Origin: a virus
Reading direction: 5' to 3' (one strand)
DNA length: 64,000 bases
Virus record (IMG/VR): IMGVR_UViG_3300017909_003024
Span: 1,991 to 65,990 of that record
A program made the translations under genes and the position numbers. Positions 20,266 through 30,844 of the stretch are shown piece by piece (position 1 is the first letter of the stretch; each line of letters begins with the position of its first letter). The notes under the pieces were generated by a model. It had not been told where the DNA came from. It saw nothing but the letters and a program-made list of their open reading frames with translations, and ran no database searches.

Positions 20266-20502
20266 CTATGGTAAATTTATTACGATTTGATTTCCTTCAT
20301 CGTCCACTGAACCACTGATTGCCGTGTTGACTATAGTTTGAGCAGTCATTTTAGTCATCTCAACTAAATTATGTTTGGCAGCCCAAGCAGTGTTTTCAGT
20401 CACCCAAATATTGCCTGGATAACCACTGATGTGAGAAAGTTCATTATCCTCATGTGTGATAAATCCTTTACCTGTGTTTTCAGTTTGATAGTATTTTGGC
20501 AT
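20266..20502 (-). CDS. Small hypothetical protein after the fibre gene, possible chaperone
   Basis: AGGAG RBS, 78 aa, GKGFITHED...GYPGNIW. Confidence 0.55.
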   Translation of the reverse strand: MPKYYQTENTGKGFITHEDNELSHISGYPGNIWVTENTAWAAKHNLVEMTKMTAQTIVNTAISGSVDDEGNQIVINLP

Positions 20503-20514
20503 TTCTAACTCCTA

Positions 20515-23500
20515 TTAAGTATATGATCCTGTTATATATTGAATTACATTATGATAACAGTAATGTGATTGTGTGACAAATGCTGAACTTGCTGTGTAAA
20601 AACTACCAGATGCATAACCACATCTTACAAAATCTATTGATTGACTGTATACAGATGCACTAAGATAAGTAAATCCAAGAGCGTTGTAATCACTGTGAAA
20701 GAAAAAGTTACCTGGTTTGTTCAATACATTGACATCACCAGCTCTGACAACTGAACCACTGATTGATCCCGTTGACTCTTCTGGTTCTAATGAATTATAA
20801 TTCAAATCAGCATCACTGAACAATGGTAGTTTAAAAGTTGAACTTGTGATATTGAACATATCGGTTTTGATTTCTCCACCAACAGTTCCTCTTAGTTGTC
20901 CAAATGAACCTGTTGAGGGACTTGAATTAAATATTTCTGAAGGTCCTGAACCATAAACCCAACCACCACCAAATTTATGTGTTCCACCTTGACTAGTTCC
21001 CACACCTGTTCTACCACTTGCAGCACCATCTCCACATGAATATATAGTTGGAGCAGTTGTAGCCCATGAAAGTCCGTTATATATCTCTGTTGATCTATTA
21101 GTAATATTAGGAGGTCCCCAATTCAAACCAACATGAGCATCATTTGTTATTCCAGCATAGAATCCAAGATAGTGACAAATATTTGTATTAGCTTCTTGTG
21201 ACCAAGCACTTCCATTCCAACACTCTGTTTCAGTAGTAGCTTGACCATATGGAGATGACTTATACCCACCTACAATATGAGCAGCATTAGTTCCACCACC
21301 ACCTTGTCCATTTCCTCTAGATGTGATATTTGCTGTTTTTTCTGTCCATGTTGTTCCATCCCACTCATCAGCATTATTGCTGGCATATTGAGGAGCACCG
21401 TGTGTTACAAGAGCAGAATCTTGTGTGAATCCATGTCCAGTGTGATTATCACCTAGATTTGGTAAATCTAGAGTTTCTGTCCAAGTCAAACCATTCCAAA
21501 TATAAACTTCAGAAGCTTCGGTATATCCACCAAAACCACCATCAGTACCACCAGCATATAATCCTGCATTTACTGTACCACTACCAGCACCACGTTTTCT
21601 TTTTGTTGGCATATCAGCTATTTCAGACCATAGTGCCCCATTCCATTCTTCATTAGCAGTAAGCACTGAAGTGTTTACATCAGTTCCACCAGCTTTTATA
21701 GCAGCATCGACAGTTCCCCAACCCGTAACAGCTCTAGCACGATCAATCACCGCACCCCCAACAGACCATGCATCACCATATAAACCAAATGAAGAACTGA
21801 CAGCACCTTGGAGATCAAAACCACTTGTAAAACTTCCACTGATGGAATTTGAAATCTGTGTAACAGATGTTAATAATTGACTTTGTAAACTAGCAGAGAA
21901 TTGTGAACCATCACCAGTTAGAGATGTCACCTCTATATTATGAAATGAAGCAGATGTGGCAAAGACATTATACATAAGTGAAGCTGAGACTGCCAAATGG
22001 TCATTTCCAACTACGTACTCCCTTCCACCGAATACAAAAATATCAGATGAACCAGCACCGACTCCAATTGCTTCATGATGACCTGCTCCATATCTAGGAT
22101 ATCCAGCAGGTGATGCAGTTGGTGTAGGTACATAGTCGTCTCTTTCAGACCAAGCAGTACCATCCCAAAAAAGAAAAGTATCTATCTTATCCAAGTTATA
22201 AGTTGGTCCTCCCTCAGTAGCACATCTACCACCATAGGCATAACTATCATTTACAGTTCCAGCTCCTGTTCCTCTATCTATAATTTTTGGTAAGGCAGCT
22301 ACCTCTGTCCAACTCGTACCATCCCATAGATTTGTACAATCACCATTTCCTTTTCTACAAGAAGAACTCCAAGCAAGAGCAGAAGAAGCATTACCAGAAT
22401 GACCGTTTCTTCCATATTGGTAAACACTTGTCATACCAGGTTCAGCAGTAAAACTTGAACCATCAAATGTTGTAAAGTAGTCTTGACCATTTGAACCGTA
22501 ACCACCGATTAAATAAATTTGACTTGGAGAGCACCCACCGGCATCTGATCGTCTACCAGCAGATCCCGCATTTACATTTGGACCTTCCGACCAATTCGTT
22601 CCATTCCATTCTTCTGTTTGATTAGAAAGTGGATGTAATCTACCCATAGCATATCCAGCTTCGGTTGTCCCACCATAGCCTGTAGGACCAGAATCGATCA
22701 TGTCATTTACTTCTGTCCAACTGGTTCCATTCCATTCCTCTGTGCAGCTAACTCCTACACCACTATAGTAATAACTTCCCATCAGACCTGCTTCACTATG
22801 TGGAGCAGCGTAATTGGTAGTGCCCGCAACAGCAATTGCAGCATTTCTATTTCCCTTTCCACCTAAAGCAGCTCTACCTGTAATCATTGATTGATGAGTT
22901 GCCCATGAGTCCCAACCAGATGGTTTAGTTTTTATCGTTCCTTCGTACCCAAAACCACTGGTAAAACTTCCACTGATATCAGCAGCTATTTGAGCAGCTC
23001 CACTGACGATACCTGTGCTTCTTGGTAATGAATCTTTTATACTACTTCCATCACCATGTAGGAAATCAGCTTCAATTCTTCCAAATGATCCAGTTGATGT
23101 TACTGAACCACTGATTTCACCACTAAAGGTAAATCCACTTGTAAAACTTCCACTGATTCGTGAAGCAATTTGTGCTGAACCAGTAACTAATCCTGTTGGA
23201 AAAGGAAGATTAGATAAATTAGAACCATCACCATGAAATGTATTAGCATCTATTCTACCAAATGAACCTGATATTACAAAACCAGGAAATACTTCAGTAT
23301 CGGCACTATTGTAAGGAACACTATTTCGATTACCACCACCGAACCAAGCTTGATTAGTAGCACCAGCAGCAGCAGGACCACTATATTTACTACCACCAGA
23401 ATCTGCAAATCTTTGGGTAACAATGTTAGGACCCATAGCCCAAGCCGATCCATCAAAAGTTTGTGAACAATTTATGGAATTATTACCACCAATTTCTATA

Positions 23501-25800
23501 TTTCTTCCACCAGCAAAAATAGCATCATTTGTCTGCCCCATACTATACCATTCATATGTACCAATAATCATAGCACCGGTTTCTGACCAATTTGTACCAT
23601 TATAAATTTCTGTACATGTACGCGTATCACAAAATGGATTAACACCACCGGCTATCATAAAATTATCTCTTGTTCCAGTACCACCAGCATCGTATCTACA
23701 AATATTCGTATTATTTATTTCACTCCAAGAAGTTCCATCCCATTTATTTCCTCTAGTTGTTCCTGGAAAATATCCAACCCAAATCGCAGACTCAGATGAC
23801 TCTCCACCACCAGCAGCACCAGTTGCTGTTGAGTCTGGAATATCAGCTACTTCTGTCCAATTAGTTCCATTCCATTCTTCTGTAGGAGAAGGACCAGCAC
23901 AATGACCAAAGAAAATTCCTGCTGATGCATCACCAGCAAGCGCAATAGTATTAGCAGACCTTGTTCCACTGGTTAAATTATTTACTTCTGACCAACTACT
24001 TCCATCATACAAAGCAGTATTATCAGTGGCTTGTGGAGGCCAAGCAGCTCCATAAGCACCACCAGCTACTATAGCAGTTCCTGCTAACATTGAACCACCT
24101 CCTGCACCAACCCAATGATCAGGAAAATCAGTTGATGAAGCAAAAACACCACCTAAAGCAGCTTTTATCTGACCAACAAATTCAAATCCTTTGTTGAACG
24201 AGCCACTGATTCTTGAAGCAATCTGACTTGATCCAGTCAATACATTGAATGCTGGATTTGTTTCATATTGAATTGATGATTGTAATCCTGTAGCATCACC
24301 CGAAGCACTGATAAATTCTAATCTACCAAATGATCCTAGTGTCATATCCTCTTCGTAGAGAAAAGAACCAGACCGCATATGACTATAAGGAGGACCAGGA
24401 TGACCGGCGATACCACCTACGATAAAAGTAGCATTAGATGTACCAGTTGCAGCGTGTCTATGCACAGGTTGAGATAATTGAGCTTTAGTTGACCATGTCG
24501 TTCCATCCCATCCTTGATGAGCATTATCAACACACTGATTAGCCCAAGAAGGACCACCTGGAGGACCTGATTCACCACCTGTAAAAACACCTGCATTTAC
24601 CGAACCGGCTTGTCTAGCATTTCTCCATCCAGCTCTACCTGAAGCTGGAAGAAGAATATCACCACAATCTGACCAAGCAGTTCCATTCCATACCACAGTA
24701 GCAGTGTTAGTTAAAGGAGCTGCTGATGTACCCCAACCAGCTGATACAATTCCAGCAGACATATCTCCGTGGTGTGATTGAAAACCTTGATACCAACCAG
24801 AAGTGTAAGGTATTGCGGTACAATTTGATACAGTACCAGCGACAGTATTATAATCAGAAAATCCATTACCAGGAGCAGGATTTGTCATAATAAAGTATAA
24901 TTCAGATGGTGTATTACCACCCATATGTTGATTAGCAGTAGATGTGGGCATACTATGAGCTTCTGACCAATTTGTTCCATTCCATTGTTCAGTATTAATA
25001 CTTGCATTACCACCCCCAAAGTAAGCATCGTTTACTGTTCCACCAACATCACCCGTTCTAGCATCTATCATATCGTTTACTTCTGAAAAGGTAGTTCCAT
25101 TCCATTCTTCTGTACAACTAAATGCTGTTGTTCCTGGATAATTACATTTTAGCCCACCAGCAACTAATGCCGAATTCACAGTACCTCTGGCACCTAAATC
25201 CAATCTATGTTGAATAAGACAACCACCAGCAGCCCATACAGCATCACCAGCTGTTATTGCTCCACTGAACTCAAATCCTTTATTAAACGAACCACTGATG
25301 TCATCTGCTAATTGACCAGAACTTGTTATCAATCCTTGTCTTGGGATTGTTTGTGCTACACCACTACCATCTCCAAAGAAAAATGAAGCTTCAACTTTAC
25401 CAAAAGATCCTGTTACACCCATTCCACCTGATATTGATGAAGAAAAGAAAAAACCTTCTGTAAACGCACCACTGATTTGAGCAGCTAACTGAGCAGATTG
25501 TGTTACAATCCCTACACTTCTTGGTAAATCATCTTTAAGAGCACTTCCATCTCCATGAAATGTCGTAGCCACAACTCGTCCAAACGAGCCAGTTGATGAT
25601 AGTGATGAACTGATGTTCCCACTGCCTGTTATTCCACCACTGAGATTTAGTGTAGCAGTGCTTACATCAATACCTAAGACTTCTGTACCATCGTCTTTTT
25701 GTAAGGATAGATCACCTTTTAGACGAGCAGTGTCATCGGTTTGTAATGCTTGAAAATTACTACCTGTTTGATTTAGTAATAAGGCGTCTCTTACACCCAT
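20515..25800 (-). CDS. Tail fibre/adhesin with about four Kelch-like propeller domains
   Basis: Many TEEWNGTxWxExxDx repeats grouped into four blocks separated by SAQIASxISGSF...GSFG linkers. Confidence 0.75.
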   Translation of the reverse strand: MGVRDALLLNQTGSNFQALQTDDTARLKGDLSLQKDDGTEVLGIDVSTATLNLSGGITGSGNISSSLSSTGSFGRVVATTFHGDGSALKDDLPRSVGIVTQSAQLAAQISGAFTEGFFFSSSISGGMGVTGSFGKVEASFFFGDGSGVAQTIPRQGLITSSGQLADDISGSFNKGFEFSGAITAGDAVWAAGGCLIQHRLDLGARGTVNSALVAGGLKCNYPGTTAFSCTEEWNGTTFSEVNDMIDARTGDVGGTVNDAYFGGGNASINTEQWNGTNWSEAHSMPTSTANQHMGGNTPSELYFIMTNPAPGNGFSDYNTVAGTVSNCTAIPYTSGWYQGFQSHHGDMSAGIVSAGWGTSAAPLTNTATVVWNGTAWSDCGDILLPASGRAGWRNARQAGSVNAGVFTGGESGPPGGPSWANQCVDNAHQGWDGTTWSTKAQLSQPVHRHAATGTSNATFIVGGIAGHPGPPYSHMRSGSFLYEEDMTLGSFGRLEFISASGDATGLQSSIQYETNPAFNVLTGSSQIASRISGSFNKGFEFVGQIKAALGGVFASSTDFPDHWVGAGGGSMLAGTAIVAGGAYGAAWPPQATDNTALYDGSSWSEVNNLTSGTRSANTIALAGDASAGIFFGHCAGPSPTEEWNGTNWTEVADIPDSTATGAAGGGESSESAIWVGYFPGTTRGNKWDGTSWSEINNTNICRYDAGGTGTRDNFMIAGGVNPFCDTRTCTEIYNGTNWSETGAMIIGTYEWYSMGQTNDAIFAGGRNIEIGGNNSINCSQTFDGSAWAMGPNIVTQRFADSGGSKYSGPAAAGATNQAWFGGGNRNSVPYNSADTEVFPGFVISGSFGRIDANTFHGDGSNLSNLPFPTGLVTGSAQIASRISGSFTSGFTFSGEISGSVTSTGSFGRIEADFLHGDGSSIKDSLPRSTGIVSGAAQIAADISGSFTSGFGYEGTIKTKPSGWDSWATHQSMITGRAALGGKGNRNAAIAVAGTTNYAAPHSEAGLMGSYYYSGVGVSCTEEWNGTSWTEVNDMIDSGPTGYGGTTEAGYAMGRLHPLSNQTEEWNGTNWSEGPNVNAGSAGRRSDAGGCSPSQIYLIGGYGSNGQDYFTTFDGSSFTAEPGMTSVYQYGRNGHSGNASSALAWSSSCRKGNGDCTNLWDGTSWTEVAALPKIIDRGTGAGTVNDSYAYGGRCATEGGPTYNLDKIDTFLFWDGTAWSERDDYVPTPTASPAGYPRYGAGHHEAIGVGAGSSDIFVFGGREYVVGNDHLAVSASLMYNVFATSASFHNIEVTSLTGDGSQFSASLQSQLLTSVTQISNSISGSFTSGFDLQGAVSSSFGLYGDAWSVGGAVIDRARAVTGWGTVDAAIKAGGTDVNTSVLTANEEWNGALWSEIADMPTKRKRGAGSGTVNAGLYAGGTDGGFGGYTEASEVYIWNGLTWTETLDLPNLGDNHTGHGFTQDSALVTHGAPQYASNNADEWDGTTWTEKTANITSRGNGQGGGGTNAAHIVGGYKSSPYGQATTETECWNGSAWSQEANTNICHYLGFYAGITNDAHVGLNWGPPNITNRSTEIYNGLSWATTAPTIYSCGDGAASGRTGVGTSQGGTHKFGGGWVYGSGPSEIFNSSPSTGSFGQLRGTVGGEIKTDMFNITSSTFKLPLFSDADLNYNSLEPEESTGSISGSVVRAGDVNVLNKPGNFFFHSDYNALGFTYLSASVYSQSIDFVRCGYASGSFYTASSAFVTQSHYCYHNVIQYITGSYT

Positions 25801-25820
25801 TTGGTAACTCCATGTTTAAA

Positions 25821-25829
25821 TATAAATAT
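25821..25829 (-). promoter_or_regulatory. Putative phage late promoter motif ATATTTATA
   Basis: Intergenic, upstream of the fibre gene starting at 25800. Confidence 0.6.
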
Positions 25830-25843
25830 TTGATTCATAATCT

Positions 25844-28800
25844 TTACACACCACCAATACAATGACATCCGATTCCTGTTGTGGTGTATGTTTCACTATC
25901 AGCACATTTATCAGAACCACCAGCAACAAGTGTAGATGATTGAGAACCATCACCGGCAAGTGAAGATCGTGCTGTATTTAGATTATTTGTTGTAGTCCAG
26001 GCTGATCCATTATACTCCATAGTAGTATTGATAGCTCCTGGATTGCCTCCACCAGATGCTAAAGAAGCATTTGATGTACCACTTCCACCAAGGTCTCTAA
26101 CAACAATCGGTAAATTAACATCTGTAGCCCAACTGGTACCATTATATTTTTCAGTTGTAGCGGATGTGACTACAGCTGCAGGTGGACCTGCCCATGTACC
26201 ACCACCAAATACATATGTGGCATTTTGAGTTCCAGCATGACCAGCACGCCCTCTAGCAGTTGGCATAGATCCACCAGTATAAAAAGAAGTACCGTTCCAT
26301 TCTACTACACCACTAAGTGACTGACCAGAACCACCTGTACCACCCGCATGTAATGAAGCATTTGCAGTACCAGTAGTTCCAACACCACCATTTGCATGTA
26401 TTCCCCCATCAGGTCCTGCTGACCAATTTGTACCATTCCAAAGTTCGTTTCCTTCGGTTGCCTGTCCATATCCTGTAGACATTAATATACCAGCACATGC
26501 ATTTCCTGCCATACCACCACCACTTTGAGCTTCAATCGTGTCGTTTACTTCTGTCCAAGTCGTTCCATTCCATAATTCTGTACACTGACTTTGATATGGA
26601 TTAGTGTTATTAATTTGCCCACCTACTGATAAAATCTCTCCTGCATGACCTACTATGTTTGTAGCAGTTTTACCTTGTATCATATCAGTAATTTCAGACC
26701 AACTATTGATATCATATGTAAAATAAAGTTTTTCTTCCGCAGTATTATACCAAACCTCACCAGCAGAACTTGTTACTTCTGGATTACCAGCATACAAAGG
26801 TATCTGTAAAGATTCATTTACTGTTAAATCTGTATCGGATTCTAGTGAAAGTTCATTAGCATCCACCCTACCGATGGAAGAAGTGACCGTATATTCATCA
26901 AAATGTTCTACAGCAGAACTAATACGAGCCATAAAGAAACTTTTAGCAGTTGTTCCAGCCGCTCCATAATCTTGAATCGTATTTTCTCCAATCATATTTG
27001 GACCTAAATTCCAAGTTGTGCCATTATAAACATCAGATTTTTGAGAAGCGTTAGTGGCATCATAGACATGCATCGAATCATTTGAAGATTTTCCAGAAGC
27101 CATAACACCACAACCAGTTGGAAAATTAGAAGCAGCAGCAGTTGACCAAGCACTACCGTTCCACTCTTCTGTACAAGTTGAATCCGAAGCCATATCATTA
27201 GTGCTAGAATCTGATCCACCACCTTGAGCAAGAGCTGCATTCATAGTACCAACAAGTGCGGCTGAGTCTCTTGCTTCTGCTAAAGTACCAACATGAGAGT
27301 AACTCAAACCATCCCAAGCTAAGGCATGTCGTTTTATAGCATCAAGATCATTACCTGCATCACAATTACCACCAGCAGTTAGGGCAGCATTTTGTGTTCC
27401 AGCACTTTGATTATTTAAATTCTTTAATTTATATGGTAAATCTGTAGTTTCTGACCAAGCACTTCCATTATATTCTTCTGTACAGGTATAAAAATAACCT
27501 GTACCTGGAGCACGAGAAAAACGACCTATGGCTAAACCAGCATTTGCAGTTCCATGTGCACTATGTGAACCTCCTTGTATCAGATGATGACCAGTATCAC
27601 TCCAAGCAATTCCATTGTAAGCATAAGTTTCACTAACCCAACCTTCATAAACACCATAAGCACCAGCTACAATAGCAGCATCTCGTGTACCAATAGCACT
27701 GTATCCACGTTTACCATAGGTAGAAGAATAACATCCAGTAAAATCTGCACCTTGACTCCAAGCTCCTAGTGATCTTAGCTCACCACTGAACTCAAATCCT
27801 TTGTTGAAACTTCCACTTACATAAGAAGCAATTTGAGCAGCACCTGATATCGCACCTTCTGGTGGATTTATATTCGTCATTTGATCTACACTACCCGTAA
27901 TTCGTAAAGCTTCTATATGGGAGAATGAAGCAGTGGCAACAAATGTTTCAACCTCTATAGTACATTCAGCTTTATAAGGTGAAGCATTTTCTAAACCACT
28001 GGCAAAGAACGCAACATTACTATTCTGACCAGCAGCAGACATACCAAATCTTCTAACACCAAGAGTTGCAGATGTTGCCCAACTTATACCATTCCAACAA
28101 ATAGTATCTGCTGAATTTGTATTTGGATTATTGAGAAGATTATTAGGTTGAAAAGTTGAAGTTTGAACAAAACCAGCCAATAATGTATCATTTTGACTAC
28201 CAGCCATGGAAACAGCTTTCATATTACTTATAAGAGCACTAGGACCTTCTGTCCAATTTGTTCCATTCCACTCTTCAGTACAAGATACGACATTAGAACC
28301 ATAAGGACCACCTGCAGTCAAACCAGCATTCGCAGTACCAGCTCCACCGTGCCATAATTTTACACTATGATTTGCTCGATTTGCTGTTGCCCAATTTGTT
28401 CCATTCCATTCTTCGGTATGACCATATGGAGATTGATAATCAAAACCAGTTATTACAATAGCATCAGAAGATTGTCCAATTGATAATGTTTTGAAAGTAG
28501 AAGTATTTAGGTTGTTAAGAATTTGGTCATTTACCTCTGACCAATTTGTTCCATTCCAATATTCGGTACAACCACATCTATTTACTCCTCCAGTAGCAAT
28601 AGCAGCCTCAGTTGTTCCACCACCAGAAGTACCTCCTGAATCAATCATGTCATTTTTTTCTGTCCAAGTAGTTCCATCATATTCTTCTGTGCAACCTTGT
28701 TCACGAAATGCTGGACCATAACCAAATTTGTAACCACCATATATCAAACCAGCATTTTTATTACCAGCAGCTCCACGATAAGTTGTCATATTATCATCCG

Positions 28801-30835
28801 CAGTACAATTTAAGTCTCCACCTGATGAAAATACAACATCTTTTGTTGTAATGTCACCACTAACGGTAAATCCACTTGTAAAAGCTCCACTTATTTGAGA
28901 AGCAATCTGACCTGAACTACTGATTGTTCCAGCTAATGCTGAGTTGGTAAGATTAGAACCATCGCCTGATATTGATGTTACCTCTACTCTTCCAAATGAA
29001 CCTGTGATTATTGAAGCATCAGTAACTTCAAATGTATTATTATGATAATGAGGTGAATGTGGAGACAAACCACCACCAAACATTCCAACATCTACACTCT
29101 GACCAATACCAGTCAAAGCCATCATGTTCATATCCGAGCACCCCATTCCAAGATCACCAGCGGCTGACCAAGATGTACCGTCATAACGAATAGAACACCT
29201 ACCACTAGCATTAGGGTAATTACTAAAAAGATTACCATCAAAATTTGATCTTTGAAGATGACCACCTGTTAAAGCGTCATTTTGACTACCTACGAGACCA
29301 GTTAATTTCATATTATCAATTGTGGTATTTGGACCTGCTGACCAATTAGTTCCATTCCAAAGTTCAGTTTTAGTGTTCTGTGGAGATGGGCTACATACCC
29401 CACCAACAGTTATACCAGCATTTGAAGTACCAGTACCACCAATCCAAAATCTTGCATCGTTTATCATTTGATTTGCTGTTGACCAATTTGTTCCATTCCA
29501 TGTTTCAGTTTGGGTATATGGTGAATCACCACCACTGGCAGCAACCACAGCTTCGGAAGATGCTCCAAATGTTATTGGTGCATAACACCAAGTATCAATA
29601 TTCATGTCATTGACTTGTGACCAATTAGTTCCATTATATTCTTCCGTGTCACAGGCTCTACCATGCCCACCAGTCATTAAAGCAGCTTCTGATGTTCCTG
29701 CACCACCTCCAGATCCATCATTGTTCATATCATTTACTTCTGAAAAACTTGTACCATTGTATTCTTCTGTAGTAGCTGTAATCTGTCCAGCAGATCCTGG
29801 ATTCCTCATACCACCAAAATATAGTCCAGCATTTTTATTTCCAGCACCTCCACGATGGTAGACGTAAACTGCAGCTGGAGGACCTACATTAATCATAGCA
29901 CCACCGGCAGTAAAGGTAAGAGGAGTGTTGCTTATAGTCCCATCAAATTCAAACCCTTTATTGAACGAACCACTGACTCTTGAAGCAATCTGAGCAGAAC
30001 TACTGATTATTCCTGATGGAATCAATCCTGTCATAGCACTCACATCACCCACTACTGTTGTTGCTTGTATATTAGAAAATGAACCAGTTGAAGTAACTGA
30101 ACCACTTATCGTTCCTTCGTATTCAAATCCAGCATCGAAAGCTCCACTGATTTTAGTAGCAAGTTGAGCAGAACCCGATACAGTATTTGTAGGAATTAAA
30201 TTCGTCATCGCTGATACATCACCTACTGCCTTTTTAGCAAATATTTGACCAAAGGAGCCAGTAGAAGTTGCTGATCCACTAATCGTTCCTGTAAATTCAA
30301 AACCACGTGTGAAAGCACCACTGATCTGTGAAGCAATTTGAGCTGAACTAGATAATGTTCCTTCTAAAGCAACATTGGTAAGATTGGCAGCTGAACCAGA
30401 AAAGACTGTGGCTACTATTCGATCAAATGATGCTGTTGTGGTATGACCAGCAACTGAACCAATAGTTCCTTCAAATTCAAAACCTTGTCTGAAAGCACCA
30501 CTTATTTGATTGGCAATCTGACCAGAGCTACTGATTGTTCCATCTATTGCTGTATTAGTAAGATTGAAAGCATCACCGACTAATGTCGTAGCTTCTACCC
30601 TACCAAAAGAACCTGTTGAAGTTATACTAGAACTAACATTAGTGGTAGCAGTTATCTTACCAGCAACATCTACTGATGAACTTACGGTATTTACTGATAG
30701 AATAGAAGTACCACTTGAATTTTCTACAGATAAAGCTTCTCCACTATTTCCTCTGATAACAACAGTATCAGAACCTTGTTGAGTTTCAGCCCTACTGGCA
30801 GTTGTATTCAGTACTAATATATCTCTTGTTGCCAT
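25844..30835 (-). CDS. Tail fibre/adhesin with shaft repeats and about four Kelch-like propeller domains
   Basis: N-terminal SSAQIASQISGAF...TSTGSF repeats followed by EEYNGTxW repeat blocks. Confidence 0.75.
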   Translation of the reverse strand: MATRDILVLNTTASRAETQQGSDTVVIRGNSGEALSVENSSGTSILSVNTVSSSVDVAGKITATTNVSSSITSTGSFGRVEATTLVGDAFNLTNTAIDGTISSSGQIANQISGAFRQGFEFEGTIGSVAGHTTTASFDRIVATVFSGSAANLTNVALEGTLSSSAQIASQISGAFTRGFEFTGTISGSATSTGSFGQIFAKKAVGDVSAMTNLIPTNTVSGSAQLATKISGAFDAGFEYEGTISGSVTSTGSFSNIQATTVVGDVSAMTGLIPSGIISSSAQIASRVSGSFNKGFEFDGTISNTPLTFTAGGAMINVGPPAAVYVYHRGGAGNKNAGLYFGGMRNPGSAGQITATTEEYNGTSFSEVNDMNNDGSGGGAGTSEAALMTGGHGRACDTEEYNGTNWSQVNDMNIDTWCYAPITFGASSEAVVAASGGDSPYTQTETWNGTNWSTANQMINDARFWIGGTGTSNAGITVGGVCSPSPQNTKTELWNGTNWSAGPNTTIDNMKLTGLVGSQNDALTGGHLQRSNFDGNLFSNYPNASGRCSIRYDGTSWSAAGDLGMGCSDMNMMALTGIGQSVDVGMFGGGLSPHSPHYHNNTFEVTDASIITGSFGRVEVTSISGDGSNLTNSALAGTISSSGQIASQISGAFTSGFTVSGDITTKDVVFSSGGDLNCTADDNMTTYRGAAGNKNAGLIYGGYKFGYGPAFREQGCTEEYDGTTWTEKNDMIDSGGTSGGGTTEAAIATGGVNRCGCTEYWNGTNWSEVNDQILNNLNTSTFKTLSIGQSSDAIVITGFDYQSPYGHTEEWNGTNWATANRANHSVKLWHGGAGTANAGLTAGGPYGSNVVSCTEEWNGTNWTEGPSALISNMKAVSMAGSQNDTLLAGFVQTSTFQPNNLLNNPNTNSADTICWNGISWATSATLGVRRFGMSAAGQNSNVAFFASGLENASPYKAECTIEVETFVATASFSHIEALRITGSVDQMTNINPPEGAISGAAQIASYVSGSFNKGFEFSGELRSLGAWSQGADFTGCYSSTYGKRGYSAIGTRDAAIVAGAYGVYEGWVSETYAYNGIAWSDTGHHLIQGGSHSAHGTANAGLAIGRFSRAPGTGYFYTCTEEYNGSAWSETTDLPYKLKNLNNQSAGTQNAALTAGGNCDAGNDLDAIKRHALAWDGLSYSHVGTLAEARDSAALVGTMNAALAQGGGSDSSTNDMASDSTCTEEWNGSAWSTAAASNFPTGCGVMASGKSSNDSMHVYDATNASQKSDVYNGTTWNLGPNMIGENTIQDYGAAGTTAKSFFMARISSAVEHFDEYTVTSSIGRVDANELSLESDTDLTVNESLQIPLYAGNPEVTSSAGEVWYNTAEEKLYFTYDINSWSEITDMIQGKTATNIVGHAGEILSVGGQINNTNPYQSQCTELWNGTTWTEVNDTIEAQSGGGMAGNACAGILMSTGYGQATEGNELWNGTNWSAGPDGGIHANGGVGTTGTANASLHAGGTGGSGQSLSGVVEWNGTSFYTGGSMPTARGRAGHAGTQNATYVFGGGTWAGPPAAVVTSATTEKYNGTSWATDVNLPIVVRDLGGSGTSNASLASGGGNPGAINTTMEYNGSAWTTTNNLNTARSSLAGDGSQSSTLVAGGSDKCADSETYTTTGIGCHCIGGV

Positions 30836-30844
30836 ACCCTATCC

